The notes: a model not told the origin generated them from the letters alone. A stretch of 64,000 nucleotides of DNA from Schmidtea polychroa (GCA_044892525.1 CM097885.1:46873727-46937726), one strand, 5' to 3'. Counted from the first letter of the stretch, positions 1-45,637 are shown. Numbers and translations: made by a program.

Positions 1-18
1 ACTAAATTGATTTCTGTG

Positions 19-870
<852 letters not shown>

Positions 871-2807
871 TTGTAAACAGTCTTGTGAATTTACATATTG
901 TATTCATAAATTGTTAAAATTGTAAAAACATCATATTAAAATAAACTAGTTGCAATCCGTGAATATTCACGAAAGTAAAACTATTTGTCTATTTATATTA
1001 TAATTACAATAATATATAGATCGATAAAAATAATAAGTAATATTGATTGATGACAAACAAACGTATGTTTTTTGCCTATTTATATACTAATTCGACTCTA
1101 CAGTCAGAGTACTACTTTTAATTATTTATACAATTTAATGTGTAAATTCGAATTTTAATAAAGAATTTTCGTTGATAATGAATTTTAATGAACTTCACTG
1201 AGCTTTAAAACTTTTAAAATCCCTTGTTATCTTTTCCGAGTTAGGATTCAAAAGGATGTGAAATTATAGACATCAAAATATTAAAATTAATTTAAACTCT
1301 AATGGGGAATCCAAATCCAGATTTTGGTCTCTTGGATAACAAGAATTCTTCCAACTAGCGTAGAATCAGATTAAGGTTTTTCTTTTACTAAAGAATGTTA
1401 GACAAAAAATCAATCAAAACTCAATGATAAAACATTTGGCGCTTTTTTAAGGTTTTTCAAAAATGAAAATGAAAAATAATCTTTAATTTTTCCATTTCTC
1501 TTTCAGTTCATTCAATTGAAATTATTATTTTAATAAGAATTATTTCATTATTATTTGTTTAATTTTGAATGTTTTAAACTAAAACCGTTTGTTTTCATGA
1601 AGCTTCAATTAAAGGAGATAAGGGTTTATGAAAAATTAGATTGTAAAGACTTACCTGTTTCAATGAAGTGTGAAAAACAAAAAATAATTGGTGGAAATCT
1701 GAGAGATTATTTGGATAATTTGTTGAAAGAAAAATTTATTAATTAAATTGCGGATAAGTTGCTATTTAAAATAATTAGGAAATCTGATGAAATATAAAGA
1801 AGGGGGAGCGAGTTATCATACCGAACTTCTACCTACTAACTGGTCAAGTGATCCAATTAATAAACTTAATCTTCTGGGTATGGAAATGTAACTAGGGATG
1901 TAATTGAAATTCAATATAACTGTTGTATCAATAATAAATTAGTTAGTTTAACTTTTCTAGTTAAAGTGATTTAAATCGAATATTAAGGAAAAACTATGTT
2001 ATGAACGAAATATGTGCATTTTATTAAAATCAAACTAAGAGCATTTTAATTAAAAAACTTATAAATATGTAACTAAAAACAGTTAATTTCAAATAAATTA
2101 CGTAATTCCAAAAAAAGTTTCGTTGTCGGAACTATGTGAAATGACATTCCACCGATACCTTTTTTTAATAGAAACAGTACAAATCATTATAAATTTCATA
2201 GTACATAAATATAACGTGGGAATTCCCTGTGTTATACAAGGGACATGAAAACGCATTATAAAAGTAACGTGTTATAGGGGTGATTACTGTATATTACTGG
2301 GAGTGTTAATTTTAGTAACAATTGCACGGGGAGTCAGATATATAGTAAAAAACAAAACAATTTCTATCTAATTAACCATCTAAATACAACTAATCAAAAC
2401 CACTTTTAAAGTATTGAACTGAAGAATTTGTTGATAAAATTTATCAGTTTATATGTTTACGATATTTTTTTCATTAATAATTATTTTTAAATAATTTTTT
2501 AGTTGTGATGCTTTTGAAAGTCGCCTTTTTGAATTTCAATAATTTTATTATAACAATGGATCTTTTGTCATTTTTATTATTGGTTCATTTATAATTTTTC
2601 GATTTAACCATTAATATTATATTAATAAGTGCGTCATATTTGTATGTGAAAGAAAATAATTTAGCTATAAAATATAAATTAATTGTCTTGATAAAGAGAA
2701 ATTATTTGAATTATCATGCAATATAAGCATTGTATAGAGTTTGTCTAATATGGTAGAGTGCAAATTTTGATGATATTATATTTACCATTAATTACAGATA
2801 TCTAGAT

Positions 2808-5183
2808 CAGAGATCTCAAACTCAAACTGGCCTGCGGGCCGCATTAGACTAGTATCATGAGCCGGTGGGCTGAAACATAATTTTTTTTGAAAATAAATAC
2901 TCGAGAATGTATTTTAATTGCAATTTATTAGAAATAGGATAAAAACATTATTATGAACATAAAAATGTAACACAAAATTATTTAAATAAGGACAAACAAA
3001 GCGTCAAATATATTATTTTTATTTCTGGCTACTTAGTTGGCAATGTTTAGCCACCACAAGAGCATCAATATTAGGAACAATCTTTTGAGATATGGCCAGT
3101 CTTAGTGTTGCTTGTAAATGTTCGTCACTTAACTTTGTTCTTGTTGAAGATTTGTTGAATTTAATCAATGAAAAAAATTGTTCACAAAGATAGTTGCTTC
3201 CAAACATGCCAATAATCTTTACTACCTGAAAATGCAACCTTGGAAATCTTTCTTGTTCGAGATATGAATAAAACTCAAGAATTCCATCAGAGAACTTTTG
3301 TTTTAAAATAGAATCACACTGAAGCTCCACTAATTCCATCTGAATTTCCTTCTGCCACGGATTCAACATCAACAGCAAATGGTGTTGATAAAAAATTGGA
3401 ACTGTGGTTCAAGCATTTTAAAATCTTTAAATCGTGTCTCAAACTGTTGAAGGAGTTCGTTAAGAATACCTGAATAGACTATCAAGTAATCGGGTTCAAT
3501 CTTTTTCAGTGACTTGAGTGTTTGAAAATGAATGTAGTTACCATTAGAATTTTTTTTTGTTCCACAAGTTCAGCTTGATTTTGAATGATTTGATGTGATC
3601 ATACATTTGAGTTATGATCAAATCTTTTCCTTGCAGTTTTGTATTCAGATCATTCAAGTGATCTGTAATATCAGTTAGAAAAGCAAGATTGCTGATGAAA
3701 TTTGAGTCTGTGAGTTCTGGTAATTCTTTGTTTTTTATTTTCATGAATCAGTCGAGCTCATCCAAAAGATCAAAAAATCTTCTTAAAACCTTTCTATGAC
3801 TGAGCCACCTTACCTCAGTGTGATATAAAGTTCACCGTGTTGGCTTTCATTGGTAAGAAGGAAAGAAGAAAATTTTCGGTGGTTTAGAACTCTTTATCTA
3901 ATAAAATTAACTGCTTTTACCACAATTTCCATTACTTATTTCATTTGAATATTTTTTTCCACGCAGAGCCTCTTGATGCAAAATGCAATGAATGCTAGTA
4001 AAGTTGTTGCCGTGAGGACTGAGGATTTGAAGTTTGTTTTTAAGTAGACCAACAACTCCGACTTTTTCTGAAAGCATTGCTGGAGTACCATCTGTTACAA
4101 GATTAACTAATTTTGACCAAGGTAGCTCAGCTTTAGCAATAAACTCTTCAAGCTTTTGAAAAATATCTTTTCCTGTGGTTGTTCCCTTCGAAGCTAATTC
4201 CTCAGTAATCATTAAATGTTTGTTAACACTTCTAATGAAGACTGCACATGGGGCTGTGTCAGTTGTTTCTGTGCTCTCATCAATAGCAATGGAATATGCT
4301 TCAAAAGTTTTAGCGATATTGACAAGTTGTTTTTTTGTGTCATCTGCTAACTCAGAAATTCGAGCAGAAACTGTATTAGCAGATAGACTTATTCCCTCAA
4401 ACATTTTCTTTTTTTCAGGGCACATTATTTTGCAGGCTTGTACCAAGCATTTTTGACATAAAGTCCTTCTGTAAAATGTTTGGATGCTTTTGCTATCATT
4501 TCACAGAGAACATAGCTTACTTTGACAGAATCTTCACTGACTTTATTGCACTTTATGATTTGAACTGAATAATTTTCTCTTCTCTTAATTTTCCATGGAA
4601 TTTGTTGAATTTGTTGCCTTGAAGTGTGTTATAGTGTTATAAGATTGAACTCTTGCTACTGCAATTGTTTGCTGACAAATAAGACACTGAATTCGGTCCT
4701 TTGTTTCAATAAAAATTATACACATCTTCCCACTTGTCTTAAAACTTTCTGTTTGCATCCTTTATTTTTCTTTTTAATGCCACCATATCTGTTTCCAACA
4801 TTCATTTTTGATTTCTTTTTCGGAGGCATTTTATATATTATTTCTTTTGTTTGGAACTGTTTGAAAAAATTGAGTAAAAATTATTGAATACGTTGAATTC
4901 GTTAAAATTTACAACAATGATCAAAGTTTTTTAATAACTTTTGATGATGCTTTGTTTGAGTCAAATTTTAAACTAAAAATATTATAATTTTCAAAAGTTT
5001 TTCTTTGATAAGCAGTAATTAAAAATATTGAAGTCATGCTTTTAATTTAAAAAAAATTATTTTAAAAACTTGATTTTTAACTTCGGTATGTAGTTCTTGT
5101 TATTTAATTAGTTTGAATTTCAAATAAACTTTTTTTGGTAATTTATTAAAATGTCTTCACGGGCCGCGTGTTTGAGGCGCCTG
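2808..5183 (-). mobile_element. hAT DNA transposon (SPIN/Buster, GTF2IRD2-like), full-length but decayed
   Basis: Imperfect TIRs CAGAGATCTCAAAC (2808) and revcomp CAGGCGCCTCAAAC (ending 5183); perfect 8-bp TSD ATCTAGAT at 2800-2807 and 5184-5191; fragmented transposase inside. Confidence 0.93.
3019..4829 (-). pseudogene. hAT transposase pseudogene (frameshifted)
   Basis: Fragments with AIDESTE, VTDGTPAM, HCILHQE, LAFLTDI..HLNDLN.KLQG and C-terminal dimerisation motif FGSNYLCEQFFS, in different frames. Confidence 0.92.
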
Positions 5184-8100
5184 ATCTAGATTTAGTTGGT
5201 GCAAAATTTGTCCTGTGGGATGAATATTATGTCAATGTTCATTTGTGATTACACGCAGTCCTAGATGTTCGACTGTTTTTATTTTAACCACACCCATAAA
5301 ATTCTTATACCTTTTTAATGAATAATAGCATCTATAATATAATCACTATTTCTGACAAATTATTTCTTTTAAATTATAATTTATTAAAATTTGGTTTTTG
5401 GAATTTTTACAATTTAAAAAAGTTTTTAATAATTTCAAACTTAAGTTTGATGTTTTTATATAATTCACTACATATTTTCATTTAATTTATCCATTTTTGA
5501 CAAAATTAGCGAATATTCACGAAATAGTGTTTTTTTTTATTTTTGAATTGATGTTTTGTAGTTTTTAAATTATAGAACTAAATGAAAATTGTTTAATTTC
5601 GTTTAAAATGGAATTCGTCTTTATCATGCAATATTTTTTCTCTTTATTTTGACAATTCCAGAGAAATAAGATTGAATTCATAAAAGTTTCCCGCATCCTA
5701 AATTTTTATCTGTCATTTTTTCGAAAAAGTTTTCTAATGCTCTTATTTAATGCAAATTTTCATACATCTAATGTATTTTTGCGTTAAAGTTATTTTTTCT
5801 TTCGCTTTCTCAATTTCTATATTAAATGATGTTACAACAAATTGCATTTGATAAAAATATTCTATTATATAATAAAAATGATCAATAAATTATATTATAA
5901 GATTCATACAAACTCACATGTGTACTAAAAATTCATTAGCAGTTACACATGTGAATTTATAAAAACTAATGAAACATACAATCTCAGTGAGTGCAATTTC
6001 TTTAATATATCAAATGAAATACACAACCTAAACAAGATACATTTTTATAAAGAAAAAATTGTTAAAAATTTTGTTAAAATATCATTTTCAATGTTAAAAA
6101 ATATTGTGCAAAATTTTTACTGAAAAATAAATTATGGGCTATTAGTTCTATAAATTGAATTTAGGACGATTGGTCAACGGACAGTTGATCATAAATCTTA
6201 TTGTTATAGATATTAAGATCGTTATATATTAAATAAACAACAATACAATGAATGTTTTATACAGACCAGTGCATGTCATTCACTATAATATATTTATGAC
6301 TACATTTGTCTCATAATTAAATTGACTATATTAAAATGTTTACAGTTCGATAAATTAGTTTTTTAAATAATATGTTTATGACCAATCGTCGTCTTGACGA
6401 ACAGTCTACTTGTCCAATCGTCTATTACCAACCCTCCGTTAACCAATCGTTCGCATACCCTATGGATTTTGTCATTTATTTAAAACTATTTAAAAGTTAA
6501 AAATAATATAAATTCTTTTGAAATAATTTTCCCATTAAAATCCACATAATTAATTTAAAATGTGAAATTTCCATAATTTTTTGTAAAACACCTTTTGTAG
6601 GCAGTTATAACTCATTTTCTTTGTATCCTGCCAACAAACGCAATAAAATTTTTATCAAATGCAACGCGGTGTATTTCTAAAATATAAGTTTATTGATTTT
6701 TTAATAATATAGATGTTATTATTCCAAGCAAACTGATGTAGAATAATTTTTAAATCCTACAAATTGTTTTTCTTTTTTTATCTTTTAACTGACTTTTAGA
6801 CATTGGGAAAATGAATTTTTACTTCTTTAGGCTTTTCTATTCCAGTCCAAATTTTGTTGTATGGCTTTCTCAAAGGCAGCACGAGATTAATATTCAACTG
6901 CTGCAAATCCATACTGAAATTATGTGTCGCACTGATGTATCTCATTGGATTCAAGACCGGGCGGAAATTGAAATCGTAGATTTCATCATTCAAATTAAAT
7001 CTAAACTAGTATTACCAGTTGTTTTTTGTCGATAGATTTTCACTGTATTTCAATTCAGCGATATTGTAAAACAAATCGGATTCCTATATCTAACGAACAG
7101 GAACGCGCTTTAAACGGCAATATTCAAAAAATTATGTCATCTCTTGCACCTGACCTCCAAGATATGATTCGGCAATCGCATAACGGAAATGGTTCTTTAT
7201 AGATTTTCTAGATATCACTATTTTTTATATAATTTTTCTTATTTATGTATAAATATATACGATTACACTACTGTCGTTTTTTATTAGTTTTTTTTCACAT
7301 TTTCTCTCATTACTGATAATTTAATCGCTATGCAGCACTGAGTTTTAGTAATTTTGCAATATTTTGCTGTTGGGATTTGTATTAATTTGATAATTAATAA
7401 AAAATATTAAGTAGAAATATTGGAGAATTTTTATTGATTAATGATGTGGGTTTGACATAACTAGGAGAACCTTCGATAAGAAGATTCAGTAAAAAACAGC
7501 ATAAATAATATTTCAGGAATTTGAATGAAAATCACATCATTAGATGATGAATTTTGAGAATATTCGATAATTCCACTGTAGAATTTTTCCAAATGCAATT
7601 GTGTGTGAACCAAAATATAGAAAGAATTGGACACACGGTGATCAAATCATGATCAAGCACACACAAAAAATAAGTACAATTCCAAAAACAAAGCGCACAC
7701 AAACGCGATAATTAACATCAAGATTAATCACACGGGATGAAATGTGCGCCATCTGATTTCTGTTTGGACAATAGCTAGAAACAGTGCTGTGCTTGAATAA
7801 CCATATGATAGCCAATAAAATCCTTATCTGTAACAAATAGAAATCTCTTTCATTTAATCAAATTCAAGAGCAAGAAAAATTGCCGAAATCATTGTAACAT
7901 TTCAAAAATATCCAATGGCATTCGAATAATAGAACAACAATGGTAGGATCCAAAAATCAGAAATGTTGAAAAGAAATTAGAAAAGTCCTTGAGAATTTCA
8001 ATTTCGACAAAGCTTAGAAAATTAAAAAGTTTCAAAATAACATAAAAATTATATATAAAAAATTTTTTTTAATTTTATAAAAAAAATATTATTTTTTTAA

Positions 8101-8194
8101 AATTTTAACATTTAAAATTTAATTTAATAATTTAAAAAATTTTTGATTAATAATTTAATTTATTACAACAATCAATACATACAATATAAAAAAT

Positions 8195-10461
8195 CTATTT
8201 AAAAACACTCAAAACACAAGTATTTACTGCATTCTGTACATTACTTTTCGGATTCAATGATTTTATCAACAGCGCCTCACAAATCACACGTTCCCAATAA
8301 TTATCGAAATTTTTTAATAAAATTTTAAAATCAGACATACCTATTTTAATCTTACAGCCATTATTGTGCTCACCGATATGGGTCAAAGCCTTCGGTCTAC
8401 AATGTTCTCGAGCTCGAATACAGAGATGACGGGAAGTCTCTCCAATGTATATGGCAAGGGTGGGCACGCATGAGTTCAATGAGAGACATTTTCCGAAAAT
8501 TTATTTTTTAAAGAGCCACCATAGTGAACTACATATTTTTTTTTATTTCATTAATTTGATTAAAAAAGACTTAAACGCTATTAAAAACAATTATTTCAAA
8601 ATTTAAGTAACAAACATAAAATATAATAAAAATCCATTAATAAAAAGTAATAAAATTTCTTGAATTAACGAAGACTTTTCGTCAAATCTTTGAAATTTGG
8701 TGTATACTTTGTTAAAGCTGTTCGCAGCAATTCTGTAAGATGCTGATTGGTCAACTGTGAACGATATTTCGACTTCACGAACTTCATTGTGGAGTACAAA
8801 GATTCACAACAATATGTTGTACCAAAAATTGAAATTAGATGGCAAGCAGCTTGTTTTAAGTGTGGATATTTTGCCTCTGGTACGAGTTTCCAAAATTCAA
8901 TTATAGAAGTAACTTTATGGTGCATTTGCAAAGCCTGGTCCTCTTTCATATCTTATAACTCCAATTCCCCAACCGCTTTTTTAACAAGTATTACTTCAGA
9001 AATTGGAAATCCATCTTCAATAATATCACAAATAAATGGGTTCACAAAAAATGCAAATGTAGATTTAAAACTTTTCAAATCTTCAAACCTACATTTGAAA
9101 CCCGCTTGCAATTCTTTTTTTTAACATTTATGAAAATACAATTGCAACAAAAAATTTTTTTTTAAAAATTCAGTTGAAAAAATTTCAAAATAAAAAAATC
9201 GAATTCAATTTTCAAATTCAATTATCAAAAATTCAATTATCAATGAGCCGCAGTTTACTCAACGAAGAGCCGCATGCGGCTCTAAGAGCCGCATTTGCCC
9301 ACCGTTGGTATATGGCATTACACCCATTACATGTAAACTGATAAACGAGATCGGAACACAATTGAACTGGAGTTTTTGACTTATTAATAAACATATTGCG
9401 TACTTTCCATGAAGTTGACACTATCATATAGTTTAAATTACCTAACTGCTTTCTTATCTTCACTTTATAATCCTTAAAACCTTCTGAGTACGGCAATACT
9501 AACACAAATTTAGGCTCATCATCCTTTTTTATTTAACTCATCAGACTCACACACCTCAACAAAATCACACCCAGATTTTCTCAAACATGAATCCTTAGGA
9601 TTTTTAATAAATTTGTCAACAGTCATTTTACCATAATTACTAAAAAGGATTTTGAATAACCGTTCTTCATTATCAATTCAACCAATATGTCAACACTTTT
9701 TACTGAATTTTTAAAAGTAGAAGACAAAGACCATGTACGATAAATTAACCCCTTCACCATATTTCTTTTATACTTGAATTCACAAAAACTTTCGGAAGAA
9801 GTATAGAGACCAGTATCAGTTGGTTTTCTATAAATCTCTGTCTCATAGTGTTTCTCTTTGCGTTGTATTAACAGATCCAAGAAAGCAAGCGATGATTTTT
9901 TCTCCGTTTCACATATGAATACAATGTTTTTATGTAGACTATTCATATAATGCAAAAACGGGTCAACATGCCTCTGATTTTCAAATATAAGAAAAATATC
10001 ATCCACATACCTTTTATAAACAGTGGGTTTCATACCTTGGAAAGATGCAATATTCTTTTCTAAGCTTGTTAAAAAAATTGAAGCCATCGTTGGTGCTAAA
10101 GGAGAACCCATAGCAACTCCATCTATTTGTTGATACCATTCATTATTGAAAAGAAAATTGATTTTTGAAGTTGCAAATACAAGAAGTTCACGAAATGCTG
10201 TTCTATCCAAAATATTATGTTTAGAAATATTTTCATTCCATAACAAGCAACATAATTCAATTGTTTCAACCAATGGTATATTAATAAACAGACTACAAAC
10301 ATCAAACGAAACCAATGCAGAAAACAAATTCAAAACTATCTTTACATTCAAATTCTGATCGTATTAATGGTTTCAATAATCCATCCAAAAATTTGGCTAT
10401 TTTATACTGGGCAGTGCCAATCATGGTTAAAACAGGTCTCATAGGCACGCCATCTTTATGG
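8195..10461 (-). mobile_element. Penelope-like retroelement (RT + GIY-YIG endonuclease), 5'-truncated and decayed
   Basis: RT motifs SFDV.SLF, QIDGVAMGSPLAP, RYVDD, FLDL, YRKPT; C-terminal VYQFTC..CNAIY/IGETSRHL..R.REH GIY-YIG domain, split by the hAT insertion at 8455-9307. Confidence 0.92.
8455..9307 (-). mobile_element. Internally deleted (non-autonomous) hAT element nested in the Penelope endonuclease
   Basis: TIRs CAAGGGTGGGCA / TGCCCACCGTTG; 8-bp TSD GTATATGG at 8447-8454 and 9308-9315; retains only the transposase C-terminus (FGTTYCCESLYS.MK..KS.YRS.LT). Confidence 0.93.
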
Positions 10462-10932
10462 AATGAAAATATTTCTGAACATCATATTTTGGATTGAACA
10501 GCATTTCGTGAACTTTTTGTATTTGCAACTTCAAAAATCAATTTTGGTTGAATTGTTAATGAAGAACGGTTATTCAAAATCCTTTTTAGTAATTATGATG
10601 AAAGAGACTGTTGACAAATTTATTAAAAATCCTAAGGATCCATGTTTGAGAAAATCTGGGTGTGATCCTGTTGAGATGTGTGAGTCTGATGAGTTAAATA
10701 AAAAAGGATGATGAGCCTAAATTTGTGTTAGTATTGCCGTACTCAGAAGGTTTTAAGGATTATAAAGTGAAGATAAGGAAGCAGTTAGGTAATTTAAACT
10801 ATAGGATAGTGTCAACTTCATGGAAAGTACGCAATATGTCAAAAACTCCAGTTGAATTGTGTTCCGATCTCGTTTATCAGTTTACATGTAATGGGTGTAA
10901 TGCCATATACATTAGAGAGACTTCCCGTCATC
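10456..10932 (+). mobile_element. Inverted, internally deleted partial copy of the same Penelope element
   Basis: Near-identical reverse complement of about 10155-10245 joined to about 9310-9690; encodes LVLPYSEGF...VYQFTCNGCNAIYIRETSRH, then is cut by a hAT end. Confidence 0.9.
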
Positions 10933-13727
10933 CAGTAGCGTATCTAGGGCCGGGCAAGCGGGGCTTTTGCCCCGGGCGCCACGATTTTAGGGGCGCCAAA
11001 TTGATTTTTGAAACCTAAACTTTATTTAAAGATTTTCGATTTTGAAATTTAACCAACATTAAAATAACGAATTTTGATTATTTGAAATATATAAACAAAG
11101 TTCACCATAAAATTTAAATTTAATTTTAGTACTATTTAAATTAAATTTAAATTTTATGGTGAACTTTGTTTATATATTTCAAAGCCTTTCCAAAATACAT
11201 GAAATTTGAGTTATATCCAGAACTCAATCGTAAGATTTATAGAATTATTTGTTAAGCTCAAAATTATTTGAAAAAACTTTCAAACTTTAGAATATCAAAG
11301 ATGCCGAAACCGAAATTAAGTGGCGCACAAAATCGTAAAAAGGCCAGAATATTCCGAAATGAAGCTAAAAAGTTAAGTCAAATGTTGCAAAATTATTTAA
11401 AAAAGGAAAAGGTTGAAGAAAATGACCAGATAGAGGATATTAAAGAAGACAAACATATGCCTCAGTCAGATTATGAATTTTTTGATTTTGATGCCTCACA
11501 AAACAATGAAGAGTCGGATTTTGATTATAAAATGACTGAATCCAACAATAGATCATGTCTTTCAACAATTTCAGAAAATATTCCGAATCTGCTTTTGTTC
11601 AATGATTTTGGATATTTGGAATTTCAAGAAAGTTTTCATTCATTCAGTCCAATAGTTTCACAAAAACTAAGAACTGAAGTCATTTTACGTGGCCCGAGTT
11701 TATTTCAAAATAATAAAGGAAGCTTTGCAGTGCATAATGGACGTTCAATTACATCATCATGGTTTAAGAAGAAGTTGGCAAACGGTATATATGTTAATCG
11801 ATCTTGGTTAATTTATTCGCCTCATAAAGAAACACTTTTCTGCTTTTGTTGTTTGTTATTTTATAATGATTTTTGTAAAACTGCATTTTCTTCACCGGCT
11901 GGTTTTAGAGATTTTAAGCATTCAGAAAGAGTAAATGATCATGAAAATAATATTATACACCGTCAGAATTTTACAACATGGAAAGAAACTGAACGAAGAT
12001 TGTCTCAAGGTGCTGGAATCGATATGGAAGTTCAAGCTCAAATATTGTTGGAAAAAGATCGATGGAGAGAAATTTTAAAAAGATTTCTTTCATGCATAAA
12101 ATTCTTAGCATTTCATAATTTAGCATTACGTGGTTATAATGAAAATTTGTTGAATACAGAAGGCAATCCAGGTAATTTTCTGGGTCTCTTACAATTGATT
12201 GCGCAATATGATCCACTTTTGGCAAGTCACATGGAACATTCTCGTTTACATCCAGGAACAACATCTTATTTATCACCAGGCATACAAAATGAGTTTATTC
12301 ACCTTTTAGCTTCAATAGTTCGAAATGTTTTGATTGAAAATATTAAAAAAAGCAAATACTTTGGCATGATATTTGATTCTACTCCAGATTTACAACATCG
12401 TGAACAATTTTCAGAAGTTATTCGTCACGTTGAAATAGATTTTGATAAAAAAACAGTGGAAATTAAGGAATCATTTCTGGGATTTATTGAGCTAGCTGAA
12501 AAAGATGCCGAAGCTCTTAAAAATACTATACTCAAATTATTACAAACTGATGGATTAGAACTCTCGGACTGTCGATCGCAATATTATGATAATGCGGCAG
12601 TTATGGCTGGTCATGTTTCTGGATTGCAACAAAGAATTACCAATTTGAACCCTCGCGCAGTGTTTATTAACTGCGATAATCATAGTTTAAATCTTGCAGG
12701 ATTACATTCTGTTCAAACTAATCCCATAATGCTAACTTTTTTTGGTGTAATTGAACAAATTTATTTATTTTTTTCAAGATCAACCAATCGTTGGCAAAAA
12801 TTAACCGATGTCATTCCTTTGACTGTAAAACGTGAATCAACAACACGATGGAGTGCACGAGCAGAAGCTGTAAAAGCAATTTTTTTTGGAATCGATAATC
12901 TTGTGAAATTAATTGAAGATCTTTCTGATGATTTCAATCAAACATCTGACACAAGAAGCGAATCATACAATTTATTGCAAAATATATTGAATTTTAATTT
13001 TCTGGTTTTGATAAATTTTTGGCATCACGTTCTCGAGAAAATTGATCGTGTACAAAAACGAATGCAAGATCCAAAAATTAATTTTAAAGATGCCTCCGAT
13101 GATTTACAAGGATTAAGCATACATATGCAGCAATTTCTTGAAGATCTATGCATTCAATCAATTGAAGCAGGTAAAAAAAAATGTTTTGAATGGGGCGTTG
13201 AAATAAAGAAAAGAGTGCGACGTATAAAAATTAGATTAGGTGAAAAAATGACTGATTCTGGTTTGACTGCTGAACAAGAGTTAGATCGTGTGTTGAAATG
13301 CTCAGTTGATAGATTAATTCAAGAATTAAAAACTCGATTTACTCGCCTTAATTCATTGAACGAAAATTTTGGATATTTCCTTGACACTGAAAATTTTCTA
13401 AATTGCCATGATCCTGCTAAATTAAAAGAAAAATGTTCAAATTTGGGAAAATTTTACAATTCAGATATTGATGAAAACGAACTATGCAATGAAGTTACTG
13501 ACTGTAAAATGCTTCTTAATGCTCGAAAAGATGAAATTCCAAAATCACCTATAGATCTTTTAAAATTTTTAATATCTTATGGTGAAGATGTTTTCCCAAA
13601 TTTAAGAATTTCATTGCAAATTCTTTTGACAATTGGTATTTCTGTTTCAACATGCGAGCGTTCCTTTAGCAAATTAAAATTAATTTTGTCATATCTTCGA
13701 GCAACAATTGATCAATTGTTTTTTTAA
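10933..13727 (+). mobile_element. hAT element (Tip100/ZMYM1-like), left end present, right end apparently lost
   Basis: Begins CAGTAGCGTATCTAGGGCCGGG...GGGGCGCC exactly where Penelope homology stops; long transposase ORF follows; no matching right TIR seen. Confidence 0.8.
11301..13727 (+). CDS. hAT transposase (TTF-type Zn finger + DUF4371 + dimerisation domain), C-terminus probably truncated
   Basis: First ATG at 11301 (MPKPKLSGAQ); RSWLIYS..KETLFCFCC, LALRG, GNFLGLL, YLSPGIQNE, FDSTPD, YDNAAVM, CDNHSLNL, TRWSAR, CERSFSKLKLI. Ends abruptly at LRATIDQLFF. Confidence 0.88.
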   Translation: MPKPKLSGAQNRKKARIFRNEAKKLSQMLQNYLKKEKVEENDQIEDIKEDKHMPQSDYEFFDFDASQNNEESDFDYKMTESNNRSCLSTISENIPNLLLFNDFGYLEFQESFHSFSPIVSQKLRTEVILRGPSLFQNNKGSFAVHNGRSITSSWFKKKLANGIYVNRSWLIYSPHKETLFCFCCLLFYNDFCKTAFSSPAGFRDFKHSERVNDHENNIIHRQNFTTWKETERRLSQGAGIDMEVQAQILLEKDRWREILKRFLSCIKFLAFHNLALRGYNENLLNTEGNPGNFLGLLQLIAQYDPLLASHMEHSRLHPGTTSYLSPGIQNEFIHLLASIVRNVLIENIKKSKYFGMIFDSTPDLQHREQFSEVIRHVEIDFDKKTVEIKESFLGFIELAEKDAEALKNTILKLLQTDGLELSDCRSQYYDNAAVMAGHVSGLQQRITNLNPRAVFINCDNHSLNLAGLHSVQTNPIMLTFFGVIEQIYLFFSRSTNRWQKLTDVIPLTVKRESTTRWSARAEAVKAIFFGIDNLVKLIEDLSDDFNQTSDTRSESYNLLQNILNFNFLVLINFWHHVLEKIDRVQKRMQDPKINFKDASDDLQGLSIHMQQFLEDLCIQSIEAGKKKCFEWGVEIKKRVRRIKIRLGEKMTDSGLTAEQELDRVLKCSVDRLIQELKTRFTRLNSLNENFGYFLDTENFLNCHDPAKLKEKCSNLGKFYNSDIDENELCNEVTDCKMLLNARKDEIPKSPIDLLKFLISYGEDVFPNLRISLQILLTIGISVSTCERSFSKLKLILSYLRATIDQLFF

Positions 13728-14496
13728 TAAAATTGTCAATGTCTTTAGTAAATATCCTTTTTCAACCTGAATTTTTAGAATTAGTCCATTTTCTTTATAA
13801 ATCTTTATTATTGAAGCCACCGTTTGGTAATTAATTTGCAAATCACTGCTCTTATTGAATTGTCAAAATTTCTTCTACGTTTTGTTTGAGTATTGTGCTA
13901 CTGTGAGTGTGCTTCCAAATTTGTGATAGAAGTATTATTTTCGTTATTGGTATTTACAGTAGATTTTTCTGCCAATAACCTTTTAATTTTAATTGATTTA
14001 TATTATTTTAATTTGTTATGATAAAATTATTTAATCGTTTTGATAAAAATCATTACACATTTTATTAAAATTATTAAACATTTTGACAAAGTCTATGAAA
14101 AATTTAGGAAAACCAACCGTTTTGTGCTGGATCTTGTTATTCTGATATAAAGGACAATTAGAATCAGAATATGATTCATTACCTGCCGAAACTATTTAAT
14201 ACCCCAACAAATTTCGAATTTTATTTCTACAATCGGATCAATATAAGTTTTGCCAATAAACATGCAATACAACCGCTATCGAGTGTAATTAGGTGCAATT
14301 ACAGCCAGATTCAACCAATCACAACTCGAGAGAGAGAAAAAAAGGTCAATTATAAAATCTCACCAATTTCCGATTTGCTGGTTTTACCAAAAGAACCAAC
14401 TAAAAAAATCAATTTGTATAAATTTTATTCGATAGTAAATAATTCTAAGTTTATTCAAATAAATTACAATGCTACATAAAATCATTCCTAAAACTT

Positions 14497-44024
<29,528 letters not shown>

Positions 44025-44194
44025 CTGGGAAAAAAAATTAAATGATAAATTGTCATATAAAGTTGAAAAACTGTAATTTTTTGTAAATAATTTAAATATT
44101 AAAATTTTAAAAAATAATTTTAAAAATGAATATTATAAGAATATTAACAAATTTAAAATATAATACCGTCTCTAATTAGTATAAAGTAGGAAAT

Positions 44195-45410
<1,216 letters not shown>

Positions 45411-45637
45411 GTGGTGCTCAAATAATTAAATCTTTGCCATGTTTATTTAATTATTTATTTTAAAATCTTTTCCACTTGAAAATTTTAATGATTTACTTAA
45501 ATAAACAAGTTTTTGAAAATATATATTGTCTATATCAGTGACCACTTCATTATTTATGTTGTTTTCATAATAAAAAATGTATTTCTATCCTAACCTAAAG
45601 AAAGCACTAGTCGCAATGAAAAGATTTTATGTCAAAT

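Noticed and set aside
6164..6455. Short inverted GACGATTGGTCA / TGACCAATCGTC repeats
   Set aside because: Probably an old MITE; ends and TSD could not be defined.
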